A stretch of DNA of 64,000 nt from Dehalococcoidia bacterium (GCA_963667465.2 CAXXDN010000002.1:608001-672000), one strand, 5' to 3'; counted from the stretch's first letter, positions 19,712 through 29,102 are shown. The notes: generated from the sequence alone by a model not told the origin. Translations and numbers: made by a program.

Positions 19712-20725
19712 GTGAAGTGGCGACGCTCGCTGATCGGCCTCGCCGTCAGCGCGGTCTTCATCGTGCTGCTACTGCGCCAGGTCAGCGGACTGGAGCTGCG
19801 TGACGCCTTCACCGCGGCTGAGCCGGGCTGGCTCGCCGCCGCGTTCGCGATCTACCTCGGCGCGCTCTGGCTGCGCGGGCTGCGCTGGAAGCTGGTGCTG
19901 CGCGGTGCGACGCCGATCAGCACTGGCGACGCGACGGCGCTGGTGGTGATCGGCTACGCGGCGAACAACGTGCTGCCCGTGCGCGCCGGCGAGCTGGTGC
20001 GCGCGCAGCTGCTGCACGAGCGCCACGGCGCGGACCGCGTCGCCGCGCTCGGCACGATTCTCGTCGAGCGCGTCTTCGACGGCCTGGTTCTTGCGCTCTT
20101 CCTCGCCGGCACGATCGCGCTCGCCGGGGGCAGCGGCGTGCTGCAGCTGCTCGCCGCAGTCACCGGCGCCGCGTTCGTCGCGATCGCCGTCGCGCTGCTG
20201 ATCAGCGGTCCGCGCCTGGCCGACAACCCCGTCTTGGCGCAGCGGCTGCTGCGGCCGCTCCCGGCGCGTCTGCAGCATCTCGTCGCGCCACGCCTCGACC
20301 GCTTCATCGAGGGCCTGACGACGATCCGCGGGATGGGCGCATGGATCGCAATCTTCGCCGTAACGGCCGCCTCCTGGGCGATCGAAGCGGCGATGTACTG
20401 GCTCGCCGGGATCGGGCTCGGCCTCGAGCTCGACCCGCTGCTCTACCTCGGCGTGTGCGGGGCCGCAAACCTTGCGATCGCCGCGCCGAGCACCTCCGGC
20501 GGCATCGGGCCGTTCGAGTTCTTCGCCCGCGAGGTGGCCGTCGTCTTCGGTGCGACCGCCGCGGCAGGCACGGCCTACGCGATCGCGCTGCACGCGCTGC
20601 TGCTGATTCCCGTCGCCGCCCTCGGACTGCTGCTGCTCTGGCAGCGGCACCTCGGCCTGCGGAGCCTCCTCCGCACACCGTCCGAGGAAACCCGGGCCGC
20701 TCCGCCGCTGCGGGGGAGCGGCTAG
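19712..20725 (+). CDS. flippase-like / lysylphosphatidylglycerol synthase TM-domain protein
   Basis: LRW, NNVLPVRAGELVR, ERVFD, PSTSGGIGPFE; GTG 19712 after GGGAG. Confidence 0.85.
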   Translation: MKWRRSLIGLAVSAVFIVLLLRQVSGLELRDAFTAAEPGWLAAAFAIYLGALWLRGLRWKLVLRGATPISTGDATALVVIGYAANNVLPVRAGELVRAQLLHERHGADRVAALGTILVERVFDGLVLALFLAGTIALAGGSGVLQLLAAVTGAAFVAIAVALLISGPRLADNPVLAQRLLRPLPARLQHLVAPRLDRFIEGLTTIRGMGAWIAIFAVTAASWAIEAAMYWLAGIGLGLELDPLLYLGVCGAANLAIAAPSTSGGIGPFEFFAREVAVVFGATAAAGTAYAIALHALLLIPVAALGLLLLWQRHLGLRSLLRTPSEETRAAPPLRGSG

Positions 20726-22059
20726 TGCGCGCCGTCGTCGTGGGCGGCGGGGTTGGCGGGCTCGCCGCGGCCTGGGAACTGGCGAAGGCGGGTCACGAGG
20801 TCACCCTCGTCGAGGCCGGCCCCGTGCTCGGCGGCCAGGTCCGCACCTTCGAGATCGGCGGTGGCCGGATCGAATCCTTCTACCACCACCTCTTCCGCTC
20901 GGACACGGTGATCGCCGAGATCATCGAGGAGCTGGGGCTGGGCGAGGACCTCGAGTGGGTCGACTCGCGCGTGGGGATGTTCGGCGACGGGCGCGTCTAC
21001 CCGTTCACGAGCGCGGGCGACCTGCTGCGCTTCGACCGCGTCTCGCTGCTCACGCGGCTGCGCCTCGGCCTGACGGCGCTGTGGCTGCGCCGCGTCTCCG
21101 ACTGGAAGCGCTACGAGGGCTTGAAGGCGAAGGACTGGATCACCTCGAAGGTCGGCCGAGAGGGCTACGAGCGCGTCTGGGGCCCGCTGCTGCGCGCCAA
21201 GTTCGGGCGGCACGCCGCAGAAGTCGCGATGGTCTGGTTCTGGGGCAAGATCTACCTGCGCTTCGCCTCGCGACAGGGCGGGCCGCTGGCGAAGGAGCAG
21301 CTCGGCTACCTGCGCGGCTCCTTCGGCCGCATGGTCGACGCCCTCGCCGAGGCGATCCGCGCGCGCGGCGGCGCGGTCCACGCCGGCCGCCCCGTGCAGC
21401 GCATCGTCAGCGAGAACGGCGCCGTGCGCGGCGTCGAGCTCGCGCCGGCCGAGGAGGGCGGGGAGCCGGAGCTCCTCGAGGCCGACACGGTGATCGCGAC
21501 CGTGCACTCGGGCGTGCTGCCGCGCATCGCACCCGATCTGCCGGAGGACTACGTGGCGCAGCTCGGGCAGGTCGAGTACCAGTGGGCGACGGTGCTGCTG
21601 CTGGCGCTGGACCGCCCGCTCTCCGGGATCTACTGGCTGACGATCACGGACGACGACTGCCCCTTCGTGGTGGCGGTCGAGCAGACCAACTTCCGTGACC
21701 CCTCGGAGTACGGCGGGCAGCACATCGTCTACTTCTCCAACTACGCGGATCCTGGCGACCCGGTGGTGGAGGAGGACGTGGAGCAGGTGCTCGATCGCTA
21801 CGAGCCGTACATCCGGCGCATCAACCCGGCCTTCGAGCGCAGCTGGATCAGCGACAAGTGGCTGTTCAAGGATCGCGCCGGCCAGCCGATCGTGCACTGG
21901 CGCTACCACGAGACGATCGCCCCGCACCGTACCGGCATCGAGGGCCTCTACCTCGCGAACAACACCCAGATCTACCCCGAGGATCGCGGCCAGAACTACA
22001 CGCTGCGCATGGGCATCGAGGTCGCCCGCCTCGCGATGGACGACGCCTCGGCGCGTTGA
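20725..22059 (+). CDS. FAD-dependent oxidoreductase (protoporphyrinogen oxidase-like)
   Basis: VVGGGVGGL, FYHHLF, LGYLRG, QIYPEDRG; start overlaps the previous stop. Confidence 0.85.
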   Translation: MRAVVVGGGVGGLAAAWELAKAGHEVTLVEAGPVLGGQVRTFEIGGGRIESFYHHLFRSDTVIAEIIEELGLGEDLEWVDSRVGMFGDGRVYPFTSAGDLLRFDRVSLLTRLRLGLTALWLRRVSDWKRYEGLKAKDWITSKVGREGYERVWGPLLRAKFGRHAAEVAMVWFWGKIYLRFASRQGGPLAKEQLGYLRGSFGRMVDALAEAIRARGGAVHAGRPVQRIVSENGAVRGVELAPAEEGGEPELLEADTVIATVHSGVLPRIAPDLPEDYVAQLGQVEYQWATVLLLALDRPLSGIYWLTITDDDCPFVVAVEQTNFRDPSEYGGQHIVYFSNYADPGDPVVEEDVEQVLDRYEPYIRRINPAFERSWISDKWLFKDRAGQPIVHWRYHETIAPHRTGIEGLYLANNTQIYPEDRGQNYTLRMGIEVARLAMDDASAR

Positions 22060-22129
22060 CAGCGACGCTGCCTCGTCCGTAGCCTCGAACCGATCGCAAG
22101 GCCCGGCGCACGCGCCGGGAGCGTGCGAT

Positions 22130-22218
22130 GCGCCGCTGGGGGAGCCGTCAGGCTGAGATCCGTCCCGAGGACAACCCCAGAACCTGATCTCGGTAATGCG
22201 AGCGTAGGGAACGCGGTG
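22130..22218 (+). promoter_or_regulatory. TPP riboswitch
   Basis: GGGG..GGCTGAGA..ACCC..GAACCTGATC..GTAATGC..GCGTAGGGAA consensus upstream of thiamine-related genes. Confidence 0.93.
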
Positions 22219-22333
22219 ATGACGAAGCTGACCGGCCCCGCGGGGGCCGCCCGCTAGCGTTTTCCGGCAACCTCCCACTCGTGCTCCGAGCCGCGCGGCG
22301 CATCCTCGCATGCTGCAGAGGAGGAGGCGCCGC

Positions 22334-22645
22334 ATGATCGTGGAAATTGAGTGCCTGCCGACCCCGCCGGGCACGGCCGCTGTGGAGTTCGAGCACGTCG
22401 AGCGGGCGATCGCCGTCATCCAGCAGTCCGGCCTCAAGTACGAGGTCGGCGCGCTCGGCTCGACCATCGAGGGTGATCCAGACGAGCTGTGGCCGCTGCT
22501 GCGCAGGGTCCACGAGGCCTGCCTCGAGTCCGGGGCCGACAGCCTGGTCTCGATCATCAAGGTCGGCCAGCGGGCCGTCGCTGACGACGCCCCGTGGATG
22601 GAGGGGCTGACCGCTCCGTTCCGGAACGGTGGGCCCGGCTCGTGA
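22334..22645 (+). CDS. thiamine-binding protein (MTH1187/YkoF family)
   Basis: IQQSGLKYEVGALGSTIEG motif; GAGGAGG RBS; follows the TPP riboswitch. Confidence 0.85.
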   Translation: MIVEIECLPTPPGTAAVEFEHVERAIAVIQQSGLKYEVGALGSTIEGDPDELWPLLRRVHEACLESGADSLVSIIKVGQRAVADDAPWMEGLTAPFRNGGPGS

Positions 22646-23424
22646 CGAGGGCGCTGCGGGCGGCGCAGCACTATCTGCCGGCGGCGCTGTTTCTCGCGGC
22701 GCTGATCGTCGTCTGGGACGTGTGGGTGCGGGTCGCCGGGACGCCGTCCTACCTGCTGCCGCCGCCAGGCTCGTTGCTGGACGCCTTCCTCGACCAGCGG
22801 GGCGTGCTGCCGGGGCACATCCGCACGACGCTGACGGAGGCGCTCCTCGGGCTCGCGCTGGCGGCGCTGCTGGGCGTGACGACGGCGGCGCTGATCGCCA
22901 GCCTGCCGCTGGCGCGGCGCGTGCTCTATCCGCTGCTCGTGGTCAGCCAGAACATCCCGGTGCTGGTGCTCGCGCCGCTGCTCGCGGTCTGGTTCGGCTT
23001 CGGCCTCACCCCGAAGATCGTGATCGTCGTACTGATCGGCTTCTTCCCGATCGCCGTCAACACCGCCGACGGGCTGATGAACGCCGACCGCGAGCTGGTG
23101 GCGCTGGTACGCAGCATGGGCGCGGACCGCCTCAAGGTACTGCGGCTGGTGCTGATCCCCTCGGCGGTGCCCTCGTTCTTCGCGGGGCTGCAGATCGGCG
23201 CCGCCTACGCGGTGATCGCCGCGGTGATCGCCGAGTGGATGGGCGCGAGCTCCGGCCTCGGGCTGTTCATCCTGCGCTCGCAGCGAGCGTTCCGCACGGA
23301 CCAGATCTTCATGGCGGTGGTGCTGATCGCGCTGATCAGCATCGCGCTCTTCGTCTGCGTCCACCTGCTCGCGAGGTATGCGATGCCGTGGCGTCACGCC
23401 GGCGCACCGGCGGAAGGAGCTTGA
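22642..23424 (+). CDS. ABC permease, NitT/TauT type (ThiX-like)
   Basis: YLLPPP, SQNIPV..APL..WFGFG..PK, AEWMG. Confidence 0.88.
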   Translation: MTRALRAAQHYLPAALFLAALIVVWDVWVRVAGTPSYLLPPPGSLLDAFLDQRGVLPGHIRTTLTEALLGLALAALLGVTTAALIASLPLARRVLYPLLVVSQNIPVLVLAPLLAVWFGFGLTPKIVIVVLIGFFPIAVNTADGLMNADRELVALVRSMGADRLKVLRLVLIPSAVPSFFAGLQIGAAYAVIAAVIAEWMGASSGLGLFILRSQRAFRTDQIFMAVVLIALISIALFVCVHLLARYAMPWRHAGAPAEGA

Positions 23425-23425
23425 G

Positions 23426-24406
23426 ATGAGACGACTGCTGTTGCTCGCTGCCGCACTCGGCGCGCTGCTGCTCGCCGCCTGCGGGGGGGGGGAAGAGGCG
23501 CGCCCGGTGACGCTGATGCTGAACTGGACGCCGAACAACCACCACGCCGGCATCTACACCGCGCTGCAGAACGGCTGGTACGAGGAGGAAGGCATCGCGC
23601 TCACGATCATCGAGCCCGCCCCCGCCGGCGCAGACGCCGTCGTCGGGGCCGGCACGGCGCACTTCGGCATCTCCCAGGCGGAGAGCCTGCTGCCCGCCCG
23701 CCTCGGCGGCGCGGACGTAGTCTCGATCGCGGCGCTGCTGCCCTACAACGACTCGAGCCTGATGGCGCTCGCCGAGGAGGGCATCACGCGCCCGAAGGAC
23801 CTCGAGGGCAAGACCTACGGCGGCTGGGGCGGCCTGCTCGAACAGGAGCTGCTCGACACGCTCATTGAGTGTGACGGAGGCGACCCCTCGCTCGTCGAGT
23901 TCGTCGAGGTGGGGAACATTGACTACCTCGGCGGGATGGACCAGGACCGCTTCGACTTCGTCTGGGTGTTCGAGGGCTGGGACGCGCTGCGCGCGAGCCA
24001 GCTCGAGGGTCGCGCGCTGGGCAACATCCTGTTCACCGAGCACACGGACTGCATCCCGGACTGGTACACGCCGATCCTGATCACCAGCCGCCAACTGATC
24101 GAGGACGAGCCGGAGCTCGTGCGCGACTTCCTGAAGGCGACGACGCGCGGCTACGAGCACGCGATCGCGAACCCGGACGAGGCGGCCTCGCTGCTGCTCG
24201 AGGCCGCGCCCGAGCTGGACGAGGCGCTCGTGCGGGCGAGCGCGCAGTACCACGCGACGCGCTACAAGGCGCAGGGCCGCGCCTGGGGCGAGCAGGAGCA
24301 CGCGATCTGGCAGCGCTTCGAGGCGTTCCTGCGCGAGGCGGGGCTGAGCGACGCGCCGGTCGACGTGGGCGCCGCGTTCACGAACGACTTCCTGCCGGAG
24401 CCGTAA
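23426..24406 (+). CDS. NMT1/ThiY-like substrate-binding lipoprotein
   Basis: lipobox LAAC; LNWTPNNHHAG.Y.A..NGWY; DLEGKTYG; DWYTP. Confidence 0.88.
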   Translation: MRRLLLLAAALGALLLAACGGGEEARPVTLMLNWTPNNHHAGIYTALQNGWYEEEGIALTIIEPAPAGADAVVGAGTAHFGISQAESLLPARLGGADVVSIAALLPYNDSSLMALAEEGITRPKDLEGKTYGGWGGLLEQELLDTLIECDGGDPSLVEFVEVGNIDYLGGMDQDRFDFVWVFEGWDALRASQLEGRALGNILFTEHTDCIPDWYTPILITSRQLIEDEPELVRDFLKATTRGYEHAIANPDEAASLLLEAAPELDEALVRASAQYHATRYKAQGRAWGEQEHAIWQRFEAFLREAGLSDAPVDVGAAFTNDFLPEP

Positions 24407-24430
24407 CGAGGACGGGCCGGAGCGCCGGCG

Positions 24431-25207
24431 GTGAGCGCGATCGGGGAGCCCGCGCTGCAGCTGCGGTCGCTGGGGCACGACTACCCCGGCGACCCGCCCG
24501 TGGCCGCCCTCGATGAGATCGACATCGAGGCGGCGCGAGGCGCGTTCGTCAGCCTGCTCGGGCCGAGCGGCTGCGGGAAGAGCACGATCCTGCAGGTGCT
24601 CGCCGGGCTCCTCGTACCCTCGCGCGGCGAGGCCGTCGTCGCCGGTGTCAGCACGATCGGCGAGCCGGGACTGACCGCCTACATGCCGCAGCGCGACCTG
24701 CTGCTGCCGTGGCGGCGCGTCGACGGCAACGCGACGCTCGGCGCGGAGGTCACGGGCGTCGCACGCGAGGAGGCGCGGGCGCGGGCGCGCGCGCTGTACG
24801 GGCGCTTCGGCCTCGAGGGGTTCGAGCGTGCCTGGCCGGCGCAGCTCTCGGGCGGGATGCGGCAACGCCTCGCGCTGCTGCGCACCTTCCTGATGCCGCG
24901 CGAGACGCTGCTGCTGGACGAGCCGTTCGGCGCGCTCGACGCGCACACGCGGCGCGGCATGCAGGGCTGGCTGCAGGACGTCTGGGGCCGCGACGGCCGC
25001 ACGGTCTTGCTGGTGACGCACGACGTCGATGAGGCGCTGCTGCTCTCCGACGTCGTCTACGTGATGTCGCCACGCCCCGGCCGCATCGTCGAGCGCATCA
25101 TGGTGCCGCTACCGCGCCCGCGCCGCAGCGCCGACGTGACCGCCGGGGTCTTCGTCTCGCTGAAGGCGCGCGTGCTCGCGGCGCTGGAGGGGGCGGACGG
25201 GGCGTGA
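24431..25207 (+). CDS. ABC ATPase (ThiZ-like)
   Basis: GPSGCGKST, LSGGMRQR, LLDEPFGALD, VTHD. Confidence 0.92.
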   Translation: MSAIGEPALQLRSLGHDYPGDPPVAALDEIDIEAARGAFVSLLGPSGCGKSTILQVLAGLLVPSRGEAVVAGVSTIGEPGLTAYMPQRDLLLPWRRVDGNATLGAEVTGVAREEARARARALYGRFGLEGFERAWPAQLSGGMRQRLALLRTFLMPRETLLLDEPFGALDAHTRRGMQGWLQDVWGRDGRTVLLVTHDVDEALLLSDVVYVMSPRPGRIVERIMVPLPRPRRSADVTAGVFVSLKARVLAALEGADGA

Positions 25208-25251
25208 GTTGTCCGGTTGATGCGCGTGCGGAGCAGGTTCAGACTGAGCGA

Positions 25252-25500
25252 ATGAACAGGCGACTCCAGATCAGTATGCCCGACGACGAGCACCAGGCGG
25301 TCGCCGACCTCGCGAGGCGCCGGGGAACAACCATCTCGGCGATCGTGCGCGACAGCCTCCGGCGCACCGTGGCCGAGGGACAGCAGGCGGCGCCGGAGCA
25401 GCGCATCGCCGCGGTGCTGCGCTTCGCGCGCTTCGCCGGGCCGACCGGGGACATCGATCAACTGCTTGCCGAGATCGGGCGGGGTCGCTCGCTCGCGTGA
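25252..25500 (+). CDS. CopG/ribbon-helix-helix antitoxin-like protein
   Basis: RLQISMPDDE..ARRRGTTIS.IVR.SL; C-terminal PTGDIDQLLAEI; TTGATG-17-CAGACT-6-ATG leaderless-type promoter. Confidence 0.75.
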   Translation: MNRRLQISMPDDEHQAVADLARRRGTTISAIVRDSLRRTVAEGQQAAPEQRIAAVLRFARFAGPTGDIDQLLAEIGRGRSLA

Positions 25501-25579
25501 TCGAGGTCGGCTCGAACGTGCCCGGGTGACTCGCCGGGGCCGAGCTTCCATCGTGGGTGCGATCCAGCGCATCGCCTGA
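25497..25579 (+). pseudogene. remnant of a VapC/PIN toxin
   Basis: GTG overlaps the antitoxin stop; reads VIEVGSNVPG*LAGAELP, and in another frame ends AIQRIA*; resembles PIN N- and C-termini with the middle deleted. Confidence 0.5.
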
Positions 25580-25702
25580 GGCCTGCCGCGCGGCCTCGTT
25601 CCTTGTTCGGACCATGGCGCGCTCATATAGTCGGGGCGGCAGCGGAGACGGACAGCGGGGACGGCGCGAGAGGCGCCGCCTCGCGGGTGTGAGGGAGCGA
25701 GC

Positions 25703-26227
25703 GTGCCGCTCGAGACCGAGGCGAAGGCCGCAATCCGCGCGCTGCTCGATGGACTCGTGCCGGGCGACGGCGACCTGCTCGAGGCGCTGCACCGCGTGCA
25801 CCATGCCTACGGCTACATCTCGGGTGAGGCGATGGAGGTGATCGCGCAGCAGCTGCGGCTCACCCCGGCCCACGTCTACGGCGCGACCACCTACTACTCA
25901 GACTTCCGCACCACCCCGCCGCCGCCGGTCTCGCTGGCCTGGTGCTCGGGCCCTGCCTGCCGGCTGCGCAACGCGAACGGCATCCGCGGCGCGATCGAAG
26001 CGGTGCTCGGCTGCGAGCTGGGCGCGGACAGCCCCGACGGCCGCGTCGCCTTCACGCTCGGTCAGTGCATCGGCACCTGCGAGCAGGCGCCGCAGGTCTG
26101 GCTGCAGGGCCGCGTAGTCGGCAAGCTCAACGCCGCGCGCGCCGTCGAACTCGCGCGCTCGCTCGCCGCCGGGGAAGATCCGGAGACGCTCGGCCTGCCC
26201 GAGGGCGAAGCGGCGGGGCAGGACTAG
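25703..26227 (+). CDS. nuoE: NuoE/HydC-like [2Fe-2S] subunit
   Basis: YGYIS, VYGATTYY, CSGPAC, CIGTCEQAP. Confidence 0.85.
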   Translation: MPLETEAKAAIRALLDGLVPGDGDLLEALHRVHHAYGYISGEAMEVIAQQLRLTPAHVYGATTYYSDFRTTPPPPVSLAWCSGPACRLRNANGIRGAIEAVLGCELGADSPDGRVAFTLGQCIGTCEQAPQVWLQGRVVGKLNAARAVELARSLAAGEDPETLGLPEGEAAGQD

Positions 26228-26231
26228 CGCG

Positions 26232-28133
26232 ATGCTCGACGCCTACGCCGCACTGCGCGAACCGGCCGACGCCGCCTACGCCGAGTGGCAGCGGCCCGTG
26301 CGGCCGCGCATCGACCTCGCCTGGGAGACCTCGGCGCTGGCCGCGGGCGCGGGCCGCACACAGGCCGCGCTTGAGGCGGAGACTGAGGCGCGCGGCGCGG
26401 CGGTCGACCTCGGGCAGGTGCACGGTTACGGGCTGCAGTGGCTGCAGCCCCTCGCGCAGATCACCTGGCCGGACGGCGCCTCCGTGCTCTACGGCCCGGT
26501 CACGCCGGACAAGATCGGGCTGCTGATCGACGAGGCGACCGGGCGCGCGGGCGCGGCCGCCGAGCTGGCGCTCGGCGTGATCGCCGGCGAACGGCCGGGG
26601 CTGCCACCGATCGAGGCGCACCCCTTCCTCGCCTGCGAGGACGAGCGGCGGCTGCTCTCACGGATCGGGCGCAGCGACCCGGATTCGCTCGATCACTACC
26701 TCGCGACGGGCGGGTATCACGGGCTCGCGCGGATGGTCGATCGCCACCACGGCGCGGAGGCGGTACGCCAGCTGCAGCAGGACGCCGGGCTGATCGGGCG
26801 CGGCGGCGCCTTCTTCCCCGCCGGGGTGAAGTGGAACTTCCTCGCCGGCGCGCCCGACGACGAGCGCTACCTGGTCTGCAACGCCGACGAGGGCGACCCC
26901 GGCGCGTGGGTGAACCGCGTGCTGATGGAGGGCGACCCGCACCTGATCATCGAGGGCATGCTGATCGCGGCCTACGCGACCGCCGCGATCCACGGCTTCA
27001 TCTACATCCGCGGCGAGTACCCGCTGGCGGTCGAGCGCGTGCGCGACGCGATCGCGCAGGCCGAGGCAGCGGGGCTGCTCGGCGACAACATCCTCGGCGG
27101 CGACTTCTCCTGCACGCTCGAGGTGATCGTCGGGGCGGGCGCCTACGTCTGCGGCGAGGAGACAGGGCTGATCGCCTCGATCCAGGACGACCGCGGGATG
27201 CCGCGCATCAAGCCGCCGTTCCCGGCGCAGGCCGGCGTCTTCTACAAGCCGACCAACGTCAACAACGTCGAGACCTACGCGAACGCGGCGCTGGTGCTCG
27301 CGCACGGCGCGGAGTGGTACCGCGCGCAGGGTACGGAGCGCAACAGCGGGACGAAGATCTTCTCGTTCTCGGGCGACATCGCGCGCACGGGCTTCATGGA
27401 GTTGCCCTGGGGCACGCCGCTGCGCGAGGTGCTGACCGCGCTCGGCGGACCGACCCGCAGCAGCGGCGCGCCGGGCGAGCTGAAGGCGATCCAGCCGGGC
27501 GGGCCGCTGGCCGGCTACCTCCCGGCCGCGATCGCCGACGGGCTGAACCTCGAGAAGGAGGACTTCGCCGCGCAGGGCACGCTGATCGGCGCCGGCGGCA
27601 TCGTCTTCGTCGGCGAGGACGCGAACTCGATCGAGCTGAACGTGATGTTCTCCGAGTTCCTCGAGGAAGAGTCGTGCGGGCGCTGCACGAGCTGCCACCA
27701 CGGCAACCAGCGCATGACGGAGGTGTTCAAGCGCGTGCTCGACGGCGGCGGCCGGGCCGAGGACCGCTACAACCTCGAGCAGCTCGGCCAGGCGCTGCAG
27801 TACTCGAACTGCGTGCACGGGTCGGCCAGCCCGACGATTATGCGCAACACGCTGCGCTACTTCAGCGAGGAGTTCGACGAGCATGTGGCTGCGGCCGACC
27901 CGGAGCTGCGGGGGCGCGGCTTCCTGCGCTTCCGCATCGCCGACCAGAGCGACCCGCGGCTGGAGTCGGCGCGGCTGATCTGCCCGGTGGACGCGATCCG
28001 CGGCTCCCCGCGCGGCGGCTACTCGCTCGACGACGACGTCTGCATCCGCTGCGGCGCCTGCTACGACCTCGCCCCGCGCGGCATCGCCCGCGACGACCTC
28101 GTCGCGCTGGCGGCGGCGCGGGTGGTGACGTAG
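26232..28133 (+). CDS. nuoF: NuoF/HydB-like FMN/NADH-binding subunit
   Basis: GRGGAFFP.G.KW, CNADEGDPG, YIRGEY, GAGAYVCGEE, ESCGRC.SC, C-terminal CIRCGAC. Confidence 0.88.
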   Translation: MLDAYAALREPADAAYAEWQRPVRPRIDLAWETSALAAGAGRTQAALEAETEARGAAVDLGQVHGYGLQWLQPLAQITWPDGASVLYGPVTPDKIGLLIDEATGRAGAAAELALGVIAGERPGLPPIEAHPFLACEDERRLLSRIGRSDPDSLDHYLATGGYHGLARMVDRHHGAEAVRQLQQDAGLIGRGGAFFPAGVKWNFLAGAPDDERYLVCNADEGDPGAWVNRVLMEGDPHLIIEGMLIAAYATAAIHGFIYIRGEYPLAVERVRDAIAQAEAAGLLGDNILGGDFSCTLEVIVGAGAYVCGEETGLIASIQDDRGMPRIKPPFPAQAGVFYKPTNVNNVETYANAALVLAHGAEWYRAQGTERNSGTKIFSFSGDIARTGFMELPWGTPLREVLTALGGPTRSSGAPGELKAIQPGGPLAGYLPAAIADGLNLEKEDFAAQGTLIGAGGIVFVGEDANSIELNVMFSEFLEEESCGRCTSCHHGNQRMTEVFKRVLDGGGRAEDRYNLEQLGQALQYSNCVHGSASPTIMRNTLRYFSEEFDEHVAAADPELRGRGFLRFRIADQSDPRLESARLICPVDAIRGSPRGGYSLDDDVCIRCGACYDLAPRGIARDDLVALAAARVVT

Positions 28134-28135
28134 GG
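28109..28135 (+). repeat. 27-bp direct repeat, copy 1 (includes the nuoF stop codon)
   Basis: GGCGGCGGCGCGGGTGGTGACGTAGGG, identical to 29103..29129. Confidence 0.92.
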
Positions 28136-28138
28136 CGG

Positions 28139-29101
28139 GTGCCCACACCGTCCGCACCGGATGACGCAGCGGCGCTGCGAGCCGTCGCCGCCTTTATCGA
28201 ACAGCGGGTCCGGGCGGCAAAAGACGCACTGGCTGCAGAACTCGGTCACGAGTTGGCCGCCAGGCTCCACACAGCAGCCGGGGACAGCGCCTACGTGCTG
28301 AACAGCGCCGATCGCGTGACCGCACTGGTTGACGGCCTTGGCGGCGATGAGGAAGCAGAGGCAGAGCAGGCAGACGGGCTCAACGCCCTCGCCTCCTGGC
28401 TCTCGTTCGCGGCGCGGAACGCCGGAGATCTGGACAAGCTGGGCGCAGCGCTCGCCCTGGCGCTCGCCGTGGGTGTGCGGATGGAGGTGCCGAAGGCGGC
28501 CGCCACCAAGGCGCTTGGGGAACGCGACGGCTTCAACACTGGAGCGCCTGACCGAAGCCCAGGCGTCGCGAGCAAGGCAATCGGGAGCGTCGCACAGGTA
28601 CGGACCGGCAAGGGCAGCGGCACCGCGTTCTGTATCGGCGCGGGCGAGTGGCTCACGGCGGAGCACGTGGTCAGTGGGGAGGCGGGCGCGCGGCTGTTCA
28701 ACAGCGTGATGTCGGATGTAGCCGCGATCGTGCACTGGACGTGGGCCGAGGCCGATCTTGCCCTGCTCGCCACCGAGCACGAAACAGCGCCGCTCAGGCT
28801 GGGCAGTGCGCCGTTCCCGGGGGCGCAGGTGTGGGCCTTCGGCTACGGGATCGGTCAGAAGGGACTCGATGCCGCCGTCAAGCGTGGGGTCGTGTCCGAG
28901 CGCTACCTTGAGAGCGATCTGACCTACATCCGCACGGACGCCGCCGTAAACCCGGGCGACAGTGGCGGGCCGCTCCTGAACGACTGGGGCGAGGTCGTCG
29001 GCGTGCATCAGTCGAGCTACCGCGGATCCGTGCAAGGCGTCGCCTACGCCCTCGGCGCGGACAGCGTGCGCTCGCTGCTGCCGGGCTTGCGCGGCCGGTA
29101 G
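28139..29101 (+). CDS. trypsin-like (S1C-type) serine protease with N-terminal helical domain
   Basis: GSGTAF, LTAEHV, ADLALL, TDAAVNPGDSGGPL triad; start inferred at GTG 28139 within ORF 26438..29101. Confidence 0.85.
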   Translation: MPTPSAPDDAAALRAVAAFIEQRVRAAKDALAAELGHELAARLHTAAGDSAYVLNSADRVTALVDGLGGDEEAEAEQADGLNALASWLSFAARNAGDLDKLGAALALALAVGVRMEVPKAAATKALGERDGFNTGAPDRSPGVASKAIGSVAQVRTGKGSGTAFCIGAGEWLTAEHVVSGEAGARLFNSVMSDVAAIVHWTWAEADLALLATEHETAPLRLGSAPFPGAQVWAFGYGIGQKGLDAAVKRGVVSERYLESDLTYIRTDAAVNPGDSGGPLLNDWGEVVGVHQSSYRGSVQGVAYALGADSVRSLLPGLRGR

Positions 29102-29102
29102 C

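Noticed and set aside
20725-22059. hemY/hemG heme biosynthesis gene
   Set aside because: FYHH and IYPEDRG motifs and the glycosylation context fit the uncharacterised oxidoreductase family; no hem genes nearby
25497-25579. Selenocysteine read-through at the in-frame TGA
   Set aside because: The position does not correspond to a Cys in PIN proteins and the frame is otherwise degraded
26438-29101. 887-aa ORF suggesting a giant protease fusion
   Set aside because: The first 567 codons are an off-frame overlap of nuoF; only 28139..29101 looks like real protein
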